A DNA stretch of 64,000 nucleotides from Balneolales bacterium (GCA_007132975.1 SLNO01000016.1:1600-65599); one strand, 5' to 3'. Shown: positions 38,485 through 48,088, counted from the stretch's first letter. The notes: generated from the sequence alone by a model not told the origin. Translations and numbers: made by a program.

Positions 38485-40428
38485 TCAGATGTTATCTTTG
38501 AAAACCCGCTTCATGATCTGCGCGACGGCCTCATCCACCCCGATCCTGTCGGTTTTGATGGACAACGTCTCCGGGCCGGACAACTCGTATTCGGCATCGT
38601 AGCCGGTCAGTGACTTTATTTTCCCCTCCCTGGCTTTGCGGTAAAGTCCCTTGGGGTCACGCTGTTGACGCGTTTCCGGATCGCAGTGCAGATGGACCTC
38701 GGTGAACGCTCCGTCCGGGAACAGCGATGCGGCACGACTCCGGTCCCTGCGGTTCGGCGAGACGAACGAGCAGATCACCACATTTCCGTGCTCGTAAAAC
38801 AGCCGGGCCACTTCCGCTGCCCTTCGAATGTTTTCGGTGCGGTCGGCAGTTGAGAAACCGAGATCGCCGTTGAGGCCGTGCCGAACCTGGTCCCCGTCCA
38901 GCAGCATGGTCTTGATGCCGGCATCCCAGAGCTTCCGCTCAAGCGCCCGTCCGATGGTCGTTTTTCCGGCGCCGGATACCCCGGTCAGCCAGATCACCCG
39001 GGCGCGATGTCCGTTCCTTTTTTCGCGCTCTTCACGCCCGATGTTCCACGGATCCCAGAAAGTATTCGGACTTTTGATTGCGGATTCCGCCGATTGCGCG
39101 CTGTCCCGCTTCGCCGCCGTTTCAGCCCGGATCATTCCCGCCGCCGCCGTCACATTGGTCTCCGGATCCACCAGGATGAAACTGCCTGTGGCGCTGTTTT
39201 TCCTGTAAGGGTCCACAAAAACGGGCCGCGCCGTCTCAATGCTGATCCGGCCGATTTCGTTGAGTGCCAGCGTGGAGGCCGGGTCGCGGCTCAGCGAATC
39301 CACATCGATGCGATGGTGGACCGCCCTGACGACTGCCGCGGTGGTGTTCGTGGTGTGCATGAGCACGTAGTTGCGGCCAATCTGCAGGGCGGTGCCGTTC
39401 ATCCAGCACAGATCGGCCTCAAACCGGGTTGTCACGGCGGGTGGATGGTGGCCGTGCACGATCATGTCGCCGCGGCTCAGATCCATCTCGTCGCCAAGGC
39501 GCAGGATCACCGAATCTCCGGTAGAAGCCTGGCCGACCGGCCCATCGGGCGTATCAATGGCTTTGATGGTGGTTTTCTGGCCCGCCGGCAGCAGCATGAC
39601 CTCATCATTCCGTTGCACGCTGCCCGATACCACCCTGCCGGCAAAACCGCGATAGTCCTGATCGGGACGTATGACATACTGCACCGGGAAACGGAATCCG
39701 CCCTGTGTTTTACGTGCATCCACCCGGACATGCTCCAGATGGTGCAGCAGCGTGGGTCCGTCGTACCACGGCATCGACTCCGAACTGTTGACGATATTGT
39801 CCCCCTTGAGAGCGGATATGGGGATGCTGGTGACTTCCTCCACATCCAGATGCTTCGAAAATGTGCGAAATTCCTCCACAATCTCTTCAAAACGATCACG
39901 GGAATAATCCACAAGGTCCATTTTGTTCACTGCAAGGACCAGCCGGGGGATTTGCAGCAGGGAGGATATGAACGCGTGACGGCGGCTTTGGGTGAGCACG
40001 CCCTTGCGCGCATCGATCAGGATGATGGCCAGATCGGCTGTGGAAGCCCCGGTGACCATGTTGCGGGTGTACTGCTCGTGGCCGGGTGTGTCGGCAATGA
40101 TGAATTTCCGCCTGGGGGTTGCGAAATAGCGGTAAGCCACGTCAATGGTAATCCCCTGCTCCCTTTCCGCCCGAAGTCCGTCGGTGAGAAGCGCCAGGTT
40201 GACCGCCTCGCCGCGATTGACGGCCGTCTGCTCAAGTGCATCCAGCTGATCCTCGAATATGGATTTACTGTCGAACAGAAGCCGGCCAATAAGGGTGCTT
40301 TTGCCGTCATCCACGCTGCCCGCCGTGGTAAAACGGAGCAGGTCCATGGTTTCGCCGGCGGTTTTCTCTTCCGGGTGGATGAGGCCGTCCTGCGGTGCCT
40401 CTGTTGTGCTGTTCTTTGTACTGCTCAC
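38485..40428 (-). CDS. cysNC: bifunctional sulfate adenylyltransferase subunit 1 / adenylylsulfate kinase (CysN-CysC fusion)
   Basis: GTPase motifs GSVDDGKST, DTPGH and NKMD. C-terminal APS kinase P-loop WLTGVSGAGKTT. The track start is a GTG. Confidence 0.93.
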   Translation of the reverse strand: MSSTKNSTTEAPQDGLIHPEEKTAGETMDLLRFTTAGSVDDGKSTLIGRLLFDSKSIFEDQLDALEQTAVNRGEAVNLALLTDGLRAEREQGITIDVAYRYFATPRRKFIIADTPGHEQYTRNMVTGASTADLAIILIDARKGVLTQSRRHAFISSLLQIPRLVLAVNKMDLVDYSRDRFEEIVEEFRTFSKHLDVEEVTSIPISALKGDNIVNSSESMPWYDGPTLLHHLEHVRVDARKTQGGFRFPVQYVIRPDQDYRGFAGRVVSGSVQRNDEVMLLPAGQKTTIKAIDTPDGPVGQASTGDSVILRLGDEMDLSRGDMIVHGHHPPAVTTRFEADLCWMNGTALQIGRNYVLMHTTNTTAAVVRAVHHRIDVDSLSRDPASTLALNEIGRISIETARPVFVDPYRKNSATGSFILVDPETNVTAAAGMIRAETAAKRDSAQSAESAIKSPNTFWDPWNIGREEREKRNGHRARVIWLTGVSGAGKTTIGRALERKLWDAGIKTMLLDGDQVRHGLNGDLGFSTADRTENIRRAAEVARLFYEHGNVVICSFVSPNRRDRSRAASLFPDGAFTEVHLHCDPETRQQRDPKGLYRKAREGKIKSLTGYDAEYELSGPETLSIKTDRIGVDEAVAQIMKRVFKDNI

Positions 40429-40508
40429 TTTTTATCTGGTGTCTTTAGTAGCTGTTTTTGTCTGGATGCCAATCGAGGTGTCTCCCCGGCTTAAAAACAG
40501 GTTCGGAT

Positions 40509-41495
40509 TCAAAAATACCCGGCCTTTTTCCGGTCTTCCATGGCCGCTTCCGATCTTTTGTCATCGTGGCGGTTGCCCCTCTCGGTCACGCGCGCAGCAG
40601 CGACTTCGGCAATGATCTCATCCAGACTGGATGCCACGGAAAGCACGGCCCCTGTGCAGGTTACGTCGCCAATGGTCCGGAAACGGACGATCTTCTCCTC
40701 AGGTTTTTCATCCGGATAGCGGTTGATGAACCCGGAGTCGTCCAGCCATGTGCCCCGCCTGTTGAAGACACGCCGCCTGTGGGAGAAGTAAAGTGATGGT
40801 ATGGGAATCCGCTCGGCGGCAATGTACTGCCAGATATCCATCTCGGTCCAGTTGCTCAGCGGGAACACACGGAAATGCTCGCCCGGGTTCTTTCGTCCGT
40901 TGAAAAGACTCCACAGTTCCGGACGCTGGTTCTTGGGATCCCACTGCCCGAAAGCGTCACGGTGCGAGAAAAAGCGTTCCTTTGCCCGGGCTTTTTCCTC
41001 GTCACGTCGCCCACCGCCCAGTGCGCAGTCCACGTTGTGCTCCTTGAGTGCGTCCAACAGGGTAACCGTCTGCAGGGCGTTGCGGCTGGCCTCCGGACCT
41101 GTCTCCTCCCGCACTTGTCCCCTGTCAATGCTCTCCTGCACGTGAGCCACAATGAGTCGGGCTCCGGTCCTTTCAGCCAGATCGTCCCGGAAGCGGATGG
41201 TTTCGGGGAAATTGTGCCCGGTATCGATGTGCAGCAGTGGAAACGGAAACGGGGCGGGACGAAATGCCTTGAGGGCCAGGTGTACCATCACGATGGAATC
41301 TTTTCCACCGGAAAATAGCAGGACGGGACGTTCAAACTGGGCAGCCACTTCACGCAGCACAAAAATGGCCTCTTCTTCAAGAATGCCAAGGTGTACCGAT
41401 TTTCCCGGGTTGCATCCATCATCCGCAATTTGAGTCGGCCCGAATTGTGTTTTGATCCGGGAAGCGTGCTCAGTCTCAAGCAGTTGCAGTGTCAT
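40509..41495 (-). CDS. cysD: sulfate adenylyltransferase subunit 2
   Basis: PP-loop LLFSGGKDSIVMVHLALKAF. IDTGHNFPE and the remaining sequence resemble CysD. Confidence 0.93.
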   Translation of the reverse strand: MTLQLLETEHASRIKTQFGPTQIADDGCNPGKSVHLGILEEEAIFVLREVAAQFERPVLLFSGGKDSIVMVHLALKAFRPAPFPFPLLHIDTGHNFPETIRFRDDLAERTGARLIVAHVQESIDRGQVREETGPEASRNALQTVTLLDALKEHNVDCALGGGRRDEEKARAKERFFSHRDAFGQWDPKNQRPELWSLFNGRKNPGEHFRVFPLSNWTEMDIWQYIAAERIPIPSLYFSHRRRVFNRRGTWLDDSGFINRYPDEKPEEKIVRFRTIGDVTCTGAVLSVASSLDEIIAEVAAARVTERGNRHDDKRSEAAMEDRKKAGYF

Positions 41496-41613
41496 GTCTG
41501 TTGGTGTTGTTGATTATTGGTGTCTGTATCTGTTATCAGTGGCCATTTCTTTGGGGATGCGTTGCAGGCATGACCCAAATGTTGGCAAACCGATTCGTTG
41601 GTTGAAATTCTGT

Positions 41614-43164
41614 TCATGTCCAGAACCACGCTGCCACGGTTACGGTTACAGTCATGAGGATCAGGGTAACCGGCAGTCCGGCTTTCAGATAGTCGGTGTA
41701 GCGGTACCCGCCGGGTTCCATGACCATCAGGTTGGTCTGATAGCCCACCGGCGACAGAAAGCTGGCCGATGCGGCTACGGCAACAGTCACCCCCACCGCG
41801 TGCGGATCCAGACCGATGGCGGTGGTCGCATGCAGCGCCACCGGCAGCATCAGCACGGCAGCGGCATTGTTTGTGATCAGCTCGGTGAGCAGGTTGGTCG
41901 CCAGGTAGAGTCCGGCCAGCACCGCCAGCACCCCCCAGCGCGACGATTGTTCAAGCAGCAGAGCAGCCGCAGCGGATGCCAGTCCGGTGTTCTCAAGTGC
42001 GGCCCCGATACCGAGCGCTGCCGCAATGACGATCAGCACAGACAAATGGATGGATGGGAGGATACGGGACAATGGCAGCATGCCGGTCGCGATCAAAATG
42101 GCGGCCGTCGCTACAACAGCCATATGGATGGGCGCAATGCCGGTTACCGATATGCCGACCATGGCAATGACCATGGTAAATGTCCATGCCCTGGCTTTTC
42201 TGCCCGGAATCCTGGCGCTGGCTTCATCCTGCACCACTGAGTGCTTTTCAATTTCTGGATTGCCGGCCTGACCGGCATTGTATCCCCCATTGTTCACCCA
42301 TGATACTGGTGGATGCAGCTCCCAGTGGTTAATCCTGCCGTAGCTGCCGGCCCCGGCATATACACCGCTGGGAAATGACGCCGAAACCCCGGGTCCCGAT
42401 CCGGCTGAGGAGTAATCGCCAGTAATTCCGGCTAATGCCAAACTTTCCGGGAGAAGGTAGACACCGGCCGGCACGGCACGCTTGCCAGAATCCGCCCGTT
42501 TTTCAGGATTCGGACCGATCGCAACTGCCGGTGCATCTCCCTTTCTGTCCGGCAACAGGCGGTGCCCGATGAGGGAAAACCAGACCACGACCAGAATGGC
42601 TGCCGGAACGCCCACAAGCGCCAGCTGGAAAAAGTGAAACGGCACATGCCCCCTGTCGGCGAGCATTTCCGATACGATCAGGTTGGTTGATGTACCAAAC
42701 AGTGTAATTACACCCCCGACAATCGCTGCATAGGAGAGTGGAATAAGCAGTTTGGAGGCGGAAATTCCATATTTTCCGGCCCATTGCTGCAACTGCGGGA
42801 ATAGGATGGCGACGATCGGGGTGTTGTTCAGGATGGACGACATGGCCGCGGTGGATCCCATCACCCGGAACAAGACCGAACCGGTTGAGGATGAACCTGG
42901 ACGGTAGAACCGATCGAGGAATGAAAGCAGTCGTACGTGCTGCACGCTTCCGGCAACCAGGAACAGCGCCCCTACCGTAATGACTACCGTGCTCGTGAAA
43001 CCGGCAGCCACATCCACCAGAGAAATGATACCCGGAACAAGCAGCAGGAACAGAGCCGAAACGAACAGCACAGCCGGTCGGGCGGCATTGCCAACCAGTG
43101 CGGCGATCAAGGCCAGGATGATTCCCAGGGCATATAAAGATTTCCAGTCCAGTATGTCGTGCAT
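41614..43164 (-). CDS. SLC13/DASS-family permease (probable sodium:sulfate symporter)
   Basis: 516-aa polytopic protein with a two-fold repeat architecture. A central low-complexity loop occupies the position where many homologues carry TrkA-C domains. It is the first gene of the cysD-cysNC operon. Confidence 0.75.
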   Translation of the reverse strand: MHDILDWKSLYALGIILALIAALVGNAARPAVLFVSALFLLLVPGIISLVDVAAGFTSTVVITVGALFLVAGSVQHVRLLSFLDRFYRPGSSSTGSVLFRVMGSTAAMSSILNNTPIVAILFPQLQQWAGKYGISASKLLIPLSYAAIVGGVITLFGTSTNLIVSEMLADRGHVPFHFFQLALVGVPAAILVVVWFSLIGHRLLPDRKGDAPAVAIGPNPEKRADSGKRAVPAGVYLLPESLALAGITGDYSSAGSGPGVSASFPSGVYAGAGSYGRINHWELHPPVSWVNNGGYNAGQAGNPEIEKHSVVQDEASARIPGRKARAWTFTMVIAMVGISVTGIAPIHMAVVATAAILIATGMLPLSRILPSIHLSVLIVIAAALGIGAALENTGLASAAAALLLEQSSRWGVLAVLAGLYLATNLLTELITNNAAAVLMLPVALHATTAIGLDPHAVGVTVAVAASASFLSPVGYQTNLMVMEPGGYRYTDYLKAGLPVTLILMTVTVTVAAWFWT

Positions 43165-43211
43165 CGCTATGCGGGGTGGTACAAGGGTTGTTACAATCGG
43201 GTGTTCAAGAC

Positions 43212-43249
43212 AAAAAAAAAGCCCGCTACCAGAACGGCAGCGGGCTTTT
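43212..43249 (-). terminator. intrinsic terminator (attenuator candidate) upstream of the SLC13-cysD-cysNC operon
   Basis: The minus strand reads AAGCCCGCTGCCGTTCTGGTAGCGGGC followed by T9. It is 33/36 identical to the terminator at 31545-31580. Confidence 0.75.
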
Positions 43250-43273
43250 ACATATAAAAGGATCTCAGACGGA

Positions 43274-43363
43274 TCAGTTCATACAACAACCACTGCCGGA
43301 CGGTACAGGCATAGCACAGCACATACAGAAATTGCAGCTATGAACGGCAGTTGTGGTTGTCAT
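43274..43363 (-). CDS. candidate Cys/Met-rich leader peptide (29 codons) of the SLC13-cysD operon
   Basis: My own translation of the minus strand gives MTTTTAVHSCNFCMCCAMPVPSGSGCCMN*, with 6 Cys and 4 Met. The inverted repeat ACAACCACAACTGCCG / CGGCAGTGGTTGTTGT (14/16 bp) brackets the Cys/Met codons. Confidence 0.5.
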   Translation of the reverse strand: MTTTTAVHSCNFCMCCAMPVPSGSGCCMN

Positions 43364-43546
43364 GAAAACGAATTAATTAAGAAAAAATCAGAAGTTTGAG
43401 CGATGCACTATCAGGCACATCTGTTCCGGTTGCCTGGCAACGGTGCTGTAGAACACGGTAACACCTGTGCGGACAAACCAACCAAGGCAAAAGTACATCC
43501 ATCCTGACCCTATGTCAAATAATAATTTTCAGATGCGCCTATTTTC

Positions 43547-45106
43547 TTATATCACCAGCTCAAAAACCCCTCCGCGACGCTCATCACCCGCACCCTGAAA
43601 ACCGTCCGGGCCGCGCATGGCCGAGTGTACACCACCGAAAAACAGGTTGGAACTGCTCCAGAGTTTGTGGTCCGGCCACTCGCTGAGCACCGGTGCCAGT
43701 GCCCCGGGATCAAAGCCACGCTCCACCGAGAGGTGCTCTTTTTCACAGTGGATGCGCGGGCTGCGCGTTGCCTCGTCCAGCGGCATGCCGTAGTCCAGCA
43801 TGTTCAGGATCACCTGGAGGATGGCGGTCCGGATCCGGTTGGATCCGCCAGAGCCGAAAGCCATGACTGCGCCGTCTTTGCGGGTAAGGATGCCGGGGGC
43901 CATCATGGAGGTGATGCGGGTGTCCTCGGGCCAGCGATGGAACCCGCCCGGATGCAGGTCCTCCTCTCCCAGCATGTTGTTGAGCATCACGCCGGTGCCG
44001 GGGATGACGTGACCGCACCCCTCTCCGTTGCTGGTTGTCAGACTGGCGGTGTTGCCACGGGCATCCATGACGCTTATATGCGTGGTGCCGCGCGTGAAGC
44101 GGGCGTAGTCGGACATCTGGCGGCGGTAGGCGGAGAGATGCTCCGGATCGAGGATATCCTCGCCAGGGACCGGCAGGTTGTTGCGCAGCAGATAGTCGAT
44201 GCGCGCCTGGTCGGTGAGCCTCTGCACTTTGGCCAGCCGCTGAAGGTGTCCGGTGGACCCAAAGGGATGCTCGGATGGATCCGCCTCTTCCATCAGTTTC
44301 AGAGCGAAAGCGATGAGGGTGCCACCGGAGCTGGGTGCTGGATTGAAAGCCAGCGAGGCCGCATCCCGATAGGTTATTTCGAGCGGTTTGCGCCGGATGA
44401 CTTCATAGTTCCGGAAGTCCTCAATCGTCAGGTGCCCGCCGGCAGTCCGGCTCATACGGTCCACCTGCTCGGCGATTTCGCCTTTGTAGAAAAGGTCTTC
44501 CCCCTCCAAGGCCAGCACTTCCAGCAAGTCAGCGAGATCTGGTTGGTGCAGCACGTCGCCATCAGCCAGCAGGCCGTTTTCCCGCTCTGGATTGCCGTAA
44601 ATATCAAGGGAAGCCCGGGTGGACCGGTAAATCGGCGAGATGATATCGAGTATGTAGGCCTGGAAATGGTTCAGGGCCACACCACTGCGGGCCAGCCCGA
44701 TCGCCGGTTCGGCCAGTTGTTTCATGGACATGCGGCACAGGTCGCGCTGGATGGCGAAAAGTCCGCGCACGGTGCCCGGAGCGCCGGCCGAACCCATGCC
44801 AATGTGGAATTCCTGAAAGGTCTCCCCAAAATCGGCCGAGATGGGATAAAATTCAACTTGGTCTGGCGGACGCCTTTTGCGCGGTGTCTGGATGAAAAAA
44901 TCGTAGAGTGTCTGGCTGGCGTCCGGGGTGCGGGCCATCAGGAATCCGCCACCGCCAGGTGAGGAGAGTACCGGCTCGGTCACGCAGGCAGCCAGATGCG
45001 CGGCTACCACAGCGTCAAATGCGTTACCGCCGCTTTTGAGGATATCGGCAGCTACACGAGCTGTCTGTTCGTGCCCCGCTGCAATAACGCCAGAATTCTG
45101 TTTCAC
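43547..45106 (-). CDS. gamma-glutamyltransferase family protein (cytoplasmic type, no signal peptide seen)
   Basis: Nucleophile motif TTHISVMDARGNTASLTTSNG. C-terminal GAGDERRGG. Confidence 0.88.
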   Translation of the reverse strand: MKQNSGVIAAGHEQTARVAADILKSGGNAFDAVVAAHLAACVTEPVLSSPGGGGFLMARTPDASQTLYDFFIQTPRKRRPPDQVEFYPISADFGETFQEFHIGMGSAGAPGTVRGLFAIQRDLCRMSMKQLAEPAIGLARSGVALNHFQAYILDIISPIYRSTRASLDIYGNPERENGLLADGDVLHQPDLADLLEVLALEGEDLFYKGEIAEQVDRMSRTAGGHLTIEDFRNYEVIRRKPLEITYRDAASLAFNPAPSSGGTLIAFALKLMEEADPSEHPFGSTGHLQRLAKVQRLTDQARIDYLLRNNLPVPGEDILDPEHLSAYRRQMSDYARFTRGTTHISVMDARGNTASLTTSNGEGCGHVIPGTGVMLNNMLGEEDLHPGGFHRWPEDTRITSMMAPGILTRKDGAVMAFGSGGSNRIRTAILQVILNMLDYGMPLDEATRSPRIHCEKEHLSVERGFDPGALAPVLSEWPDHKLWSSSNLFFGGVHSAMRGPDGFQGAGDERRGGVFELVI

Positions 45107-45255
45107 TTGGTGCTGATCCGTTGATGATACCGCTGTTTCTCCACTGCCGGTAGTCCACCTTGATTCTTTCCGGTTTCTTGCCGGCAGGCAATGCCGTCAT
45201 GATACTACCATTTTCAGAAAAATGGCAACCGGATTGAAGGCAAGGGGTTCCCTTT

Positions 45256-47817
45256 TCAAGGACGGTTCGGGACAAATGGCGGGAATGGATACACATCCGG
45301 CTGTATGACCACCCCGCTTGTGACAACGAACGGATACGCATCATCCTCCCCGTAGATGGCTTCAACCAGCCAGGCGGAAAATCCATCATCCGGCGCAGAG
45401 ATTGGAATAAACAAGGTCCCGTTATCTGGAAGGGCAATATCAACCGATGTCCATGTCTGTCCGATCACAGGCAACCTGAAATCCCGGGCGTTTGGATTGT
45501 CAGCCCGCCACAGTGTGATGGCATCCGGTGCCTGTCCCGGCTCAAAGCTGATCTCAAAACCTCCATCCACCACTTCCCAACCCAGATCTGGAACAGGTAA
45601 GTCATTGAGTATGCGATTATAGAACGCCAGCAAGCTGGAGAAGGTATTCATATTAAGTACCCCGTGGCCGGAATTAGGAATGTACCTGATCCATTTGTCG
45701 CCTTGGAGGTCGTCCCAGTAAAACTGCCAGGAGTCGGGAAGGAAATACTCATCGCTGCCGGCGTTTACGATATATTTCGGCATGTCAAGCCGGTCGAGGT
45801 AGGTGTACGGGTCAACGTGGTACGACAGCCTTTCAAGCTCTGGCGTTCCCGTCCAGTCCATTATCCCTTCATTTACGTAATCATCAATAGCCGGCGACCA
45901 GTCTCCGAGCGAACGCCAGTGATGCTCCAGACTTTCTTCAAAATTCAGCATGTCAATGACAAGCGGGGCGACGGCAACCACGCGATCGTCAAGAGCAGCA
46001 GTCAGCCATGCTGCCCAGCCTCTTTTTGAAGCACCCGTCACTACATAAGAATCCACCGTCATTCTCTGATTTTGTTCCAGAAATTCGGTTGTGGCATCCA
46101 TGGCCCGCATGGACGCCACCGTCATCGGCAATTGCGCAAGCCATTCCACATCTTCGTCCCTAGCTCCATCCTCCAGGAAAACTCTCCAGCCGTAAGCGAT
46201 CAGGGCATCCTCCCTGAGTTGCCGGGGCCCCTCGTCGGTCGCAAAAACTATTGGCTGGAACGGTACATTGTGCACCTCCACGATCACAGACTGACTTTCA
46301 ACAGCGAATAGAACAAGCTCGGAGTTTACGGACCGCGGTTGACCTGTTGTTCTGCTGCCCGCATCAATGACCAGCATGCCGGTGGTATGCTGCAACTGAT
46401 CCGGCACCACTATGGTAACCCAGTGCCACCACTCTGTCTCATCCACAACGGATTCGTTGAGCCATTCCTGGGAATACATCCGCAATATAAATGCCGTATA
46501 TCCACTGCCTGATGTGGTACTGACAAGTTCGTAGCGGAAATCGGGGTATATTTGAGCGATATATGCCTCAAACGGAGAAATCGTCTGGAAGGTGACCGGA
46601 CTTCCAAAAACCGTGTCCACACTGCTGATGGCATAGGCCCTCGCACTGTATGAGGTCTCCGACTCCAAACCGGTCAGGGAAACCGAGAACGGCCCTGTAC
46701 CGGTTTCTGTGTCGGGAATGCAGGACTCATCGTGATCCGCATCCTCTGCGCTTGCAAAACATACACCTCTCTCCGTAACCGGCATGCCGCCTTCGTCAAC
46801 AACCTCCGCGAGGATGGTGGCAGAGTTGTCCAGTATGTCTGTCGCCTCGATGGTGACAACTTCTGCTGGAAGCGGCAGGAAAAACGCGGTTACTTCTTTG
46901 GGATTTTCAATGGACAGGATCTGCGGATTTTCAGTCCCCTTCAGATCACCGGCCCACTCGCTGAATTCCCAGCCTTCCGATGGGACGGCCGTCAGTTGCA
47001 GCATCGTGCCGAACTCGTAGTTTTTCAAGAACACTTCCTCTTTTTCAACCAAGCCTTCCCCTTCTATCGTAACCTCGAGCGGAAATTCCTTGAATACAAG
47101 TTCAATTATGCCGACATCAACATCACGCAGGGAAGGAACCAAAATATCATTTCTCAGGAACGCATCAGTCTCCTCCACGACTATCCGAAACGTTTCGGAA
47201 TCAATTTGCAACAAACTCTGCCGGGTACTTACTTGAGCATTTGCACCCGAGCGCAGACTTATGCCCGGATTGCCACTGCCTATACCCGCACTGACGAATG
47301 TCATCGGCTGCGTCTGAGAAAATCCGTCCCCCTGAATTCGCAACAAATAGGTGCCCTGAGACATATTTCCCCCGAGATTGACGACGATCTCATTGCTTCC
47401 ACGACTGACCTCTTTGCGACTCTGGATTACTTTTTGACCAAGTATGTTAAACACGGAGATGTCAGCAATTGTGTTTTCGGGCGCTTCAAACGGAAAAGTA
47501 GTGCGCGGATTGAACGGGTTTGGATAGGAGGCGCCGAGCTTGAATGATTCCGGAGCCTGGATATCTGAACCGGGCTCTGCCGAGACGGTCTCCACTTCAT
47601 ATAACAGTGTGAAAAATCCGTTTTCGTCGGTCATATCGGATGCCATCAGCTGATCGATGTAATCAAGGAGCAGGACTTCCTGACCGGCGACAGGCATTTC
47701 GTTTATGTTCACTATGGTGCCGGTGACCCGGTAAGTGATCGTATTGCCTGTCAGAAAAAAGGCGAGCATAACGAGCATGATCAATTGCGCCCAAACAGTT
47801 GAAATAACAGTTTTCAT
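45256..47817 (-). CDS. multidomain secreted protein with C-terminal PhoPQ-activated pathogenicity-related (PqaA-type) alpha/beta-hydrolase-like domain
   Basis: In order: signal peptide; CarboxypepD_reg-like module (YRVTGTIV...DENGFF); T9SS-CTD-like module (YPNPFNPRTTF...GTYLLRIQ); InlB-B-repeat-like module (TAVPSEGWEFSEWAGDL); then the PqaA-type region (VVTGASKRGWAAWLTAALDDRVVAVAPLVIDMLN). I took the ATG at 47817; the track ORF starts at a TTG at 47886. Confidence 0.75.
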   Translation of the reverse strand: MKTVISTVWAQLIMLVMLAFFLTGNTITYRVTGTIVNINEMPVAGQEVLLLDYIDQLMASDMTDENGFFTLLYEVETVSAEPGSDIQAPESFKLGASYPNPFNPRTTFPFEAPENTIADISVFNILGQKVIQSRKEVSRGSNEIVVNLGGNMSQGTYLLRIQGDGFSQTQPMTFVSAGIGSGNPGISLRSGANAQVSTRQSLLQIDSETFRIVVEETDAFLRNDILVPSLRDVDVGIIELVFKEFPLEVTIEGEGLVEKEEVFLKNYEFGTMLQLTAVPSEGWEFSEWAGDLKGTENPQILSIENPKEVTAFFLPLPAEVVTIEATDILDNSATILAEVVDEGGMPVTERGVCFASAEDADHDESCIPDTETGTGPFSVSLTGLESETSYSARAYAISSVDTVFGSPVTFQTISPFEAYIAQIYPDFRYELVSTTSGSGYTAFILRMYSQEWLNESVVDETEWWHWVTIVVPDQLQHTTGMLVIDAGSRTTGQPRSVNSELVLFAVESQSVIVEVHNVPFQPIVFATDEGPRQLREDALIAYGWRVFLEDGARDEDVEWLAQLPMTVASMRAMDATTEFLEQNQRMTVDSYVVTGASKRGWAAWLTAALDDRVVAVAPLVIDMLNFEESLEHHWRSLGDWSPAIDDYVNEGIMDWTGTPELERLSYHVDPYTYLDRLDMPKYIVNAGSDEYFLPDSWQFYWDDLQGDKWIRYIPNSGHGVLNMNTFSSLLAFYNRILNDLPVPDLGWEVVDGGFEISFEPGQAPDAITLWRADNPNARDFRLPVIGQTWTSVDIALPDNGTLFIPISAPDDGFSAWLVEAIYGEDDAYPFVVTSGVVIQPDVYPFPPFVPNRP

Positions 47818-48088
47818 ATGACCGGTTTCTCTAAGAGTAATGTCGAAAAGGAGTTGGTATGCATAGTATTGCAGTATCGGAAACAAATTTTACCAAAAAC
47901 CGTTCGCTCGTCAGTTGTGCATGTGAGAAACGGTATGCCAAAACAGATTGTCAGGATGCTGTTCAAGAACGTTACACCTTATTCTTCATACCGTGATATC
48001 CATGATGCTCCTTGAAATACCCCTGTGCGAATAGGTTCTTTGGGAACAAGGTAATCATTTGTTCAGAAAAAAAAATCCGGAGTGGCTA

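Noticed and set aside
45195-45235. Partial resemblance (CCGGATTGAAGG against CTGGATTCGAACC) to the 3' end of tRNA-Asn. It could mark the distal att site of an island spanning 45.2-50.1 kb.
   Set aside because: There are only about 10 matching positions with a gap, and no integrase. The GC difference of the block is modest and patchy in my spot counts.
47990-48065. Possible further copy of the repeat family upstream of the PqaA-type gene.
   Set aside because: Only scattered short matches (CCATGATG, CCTGTGCG) are present. Block order and spacing do not align.
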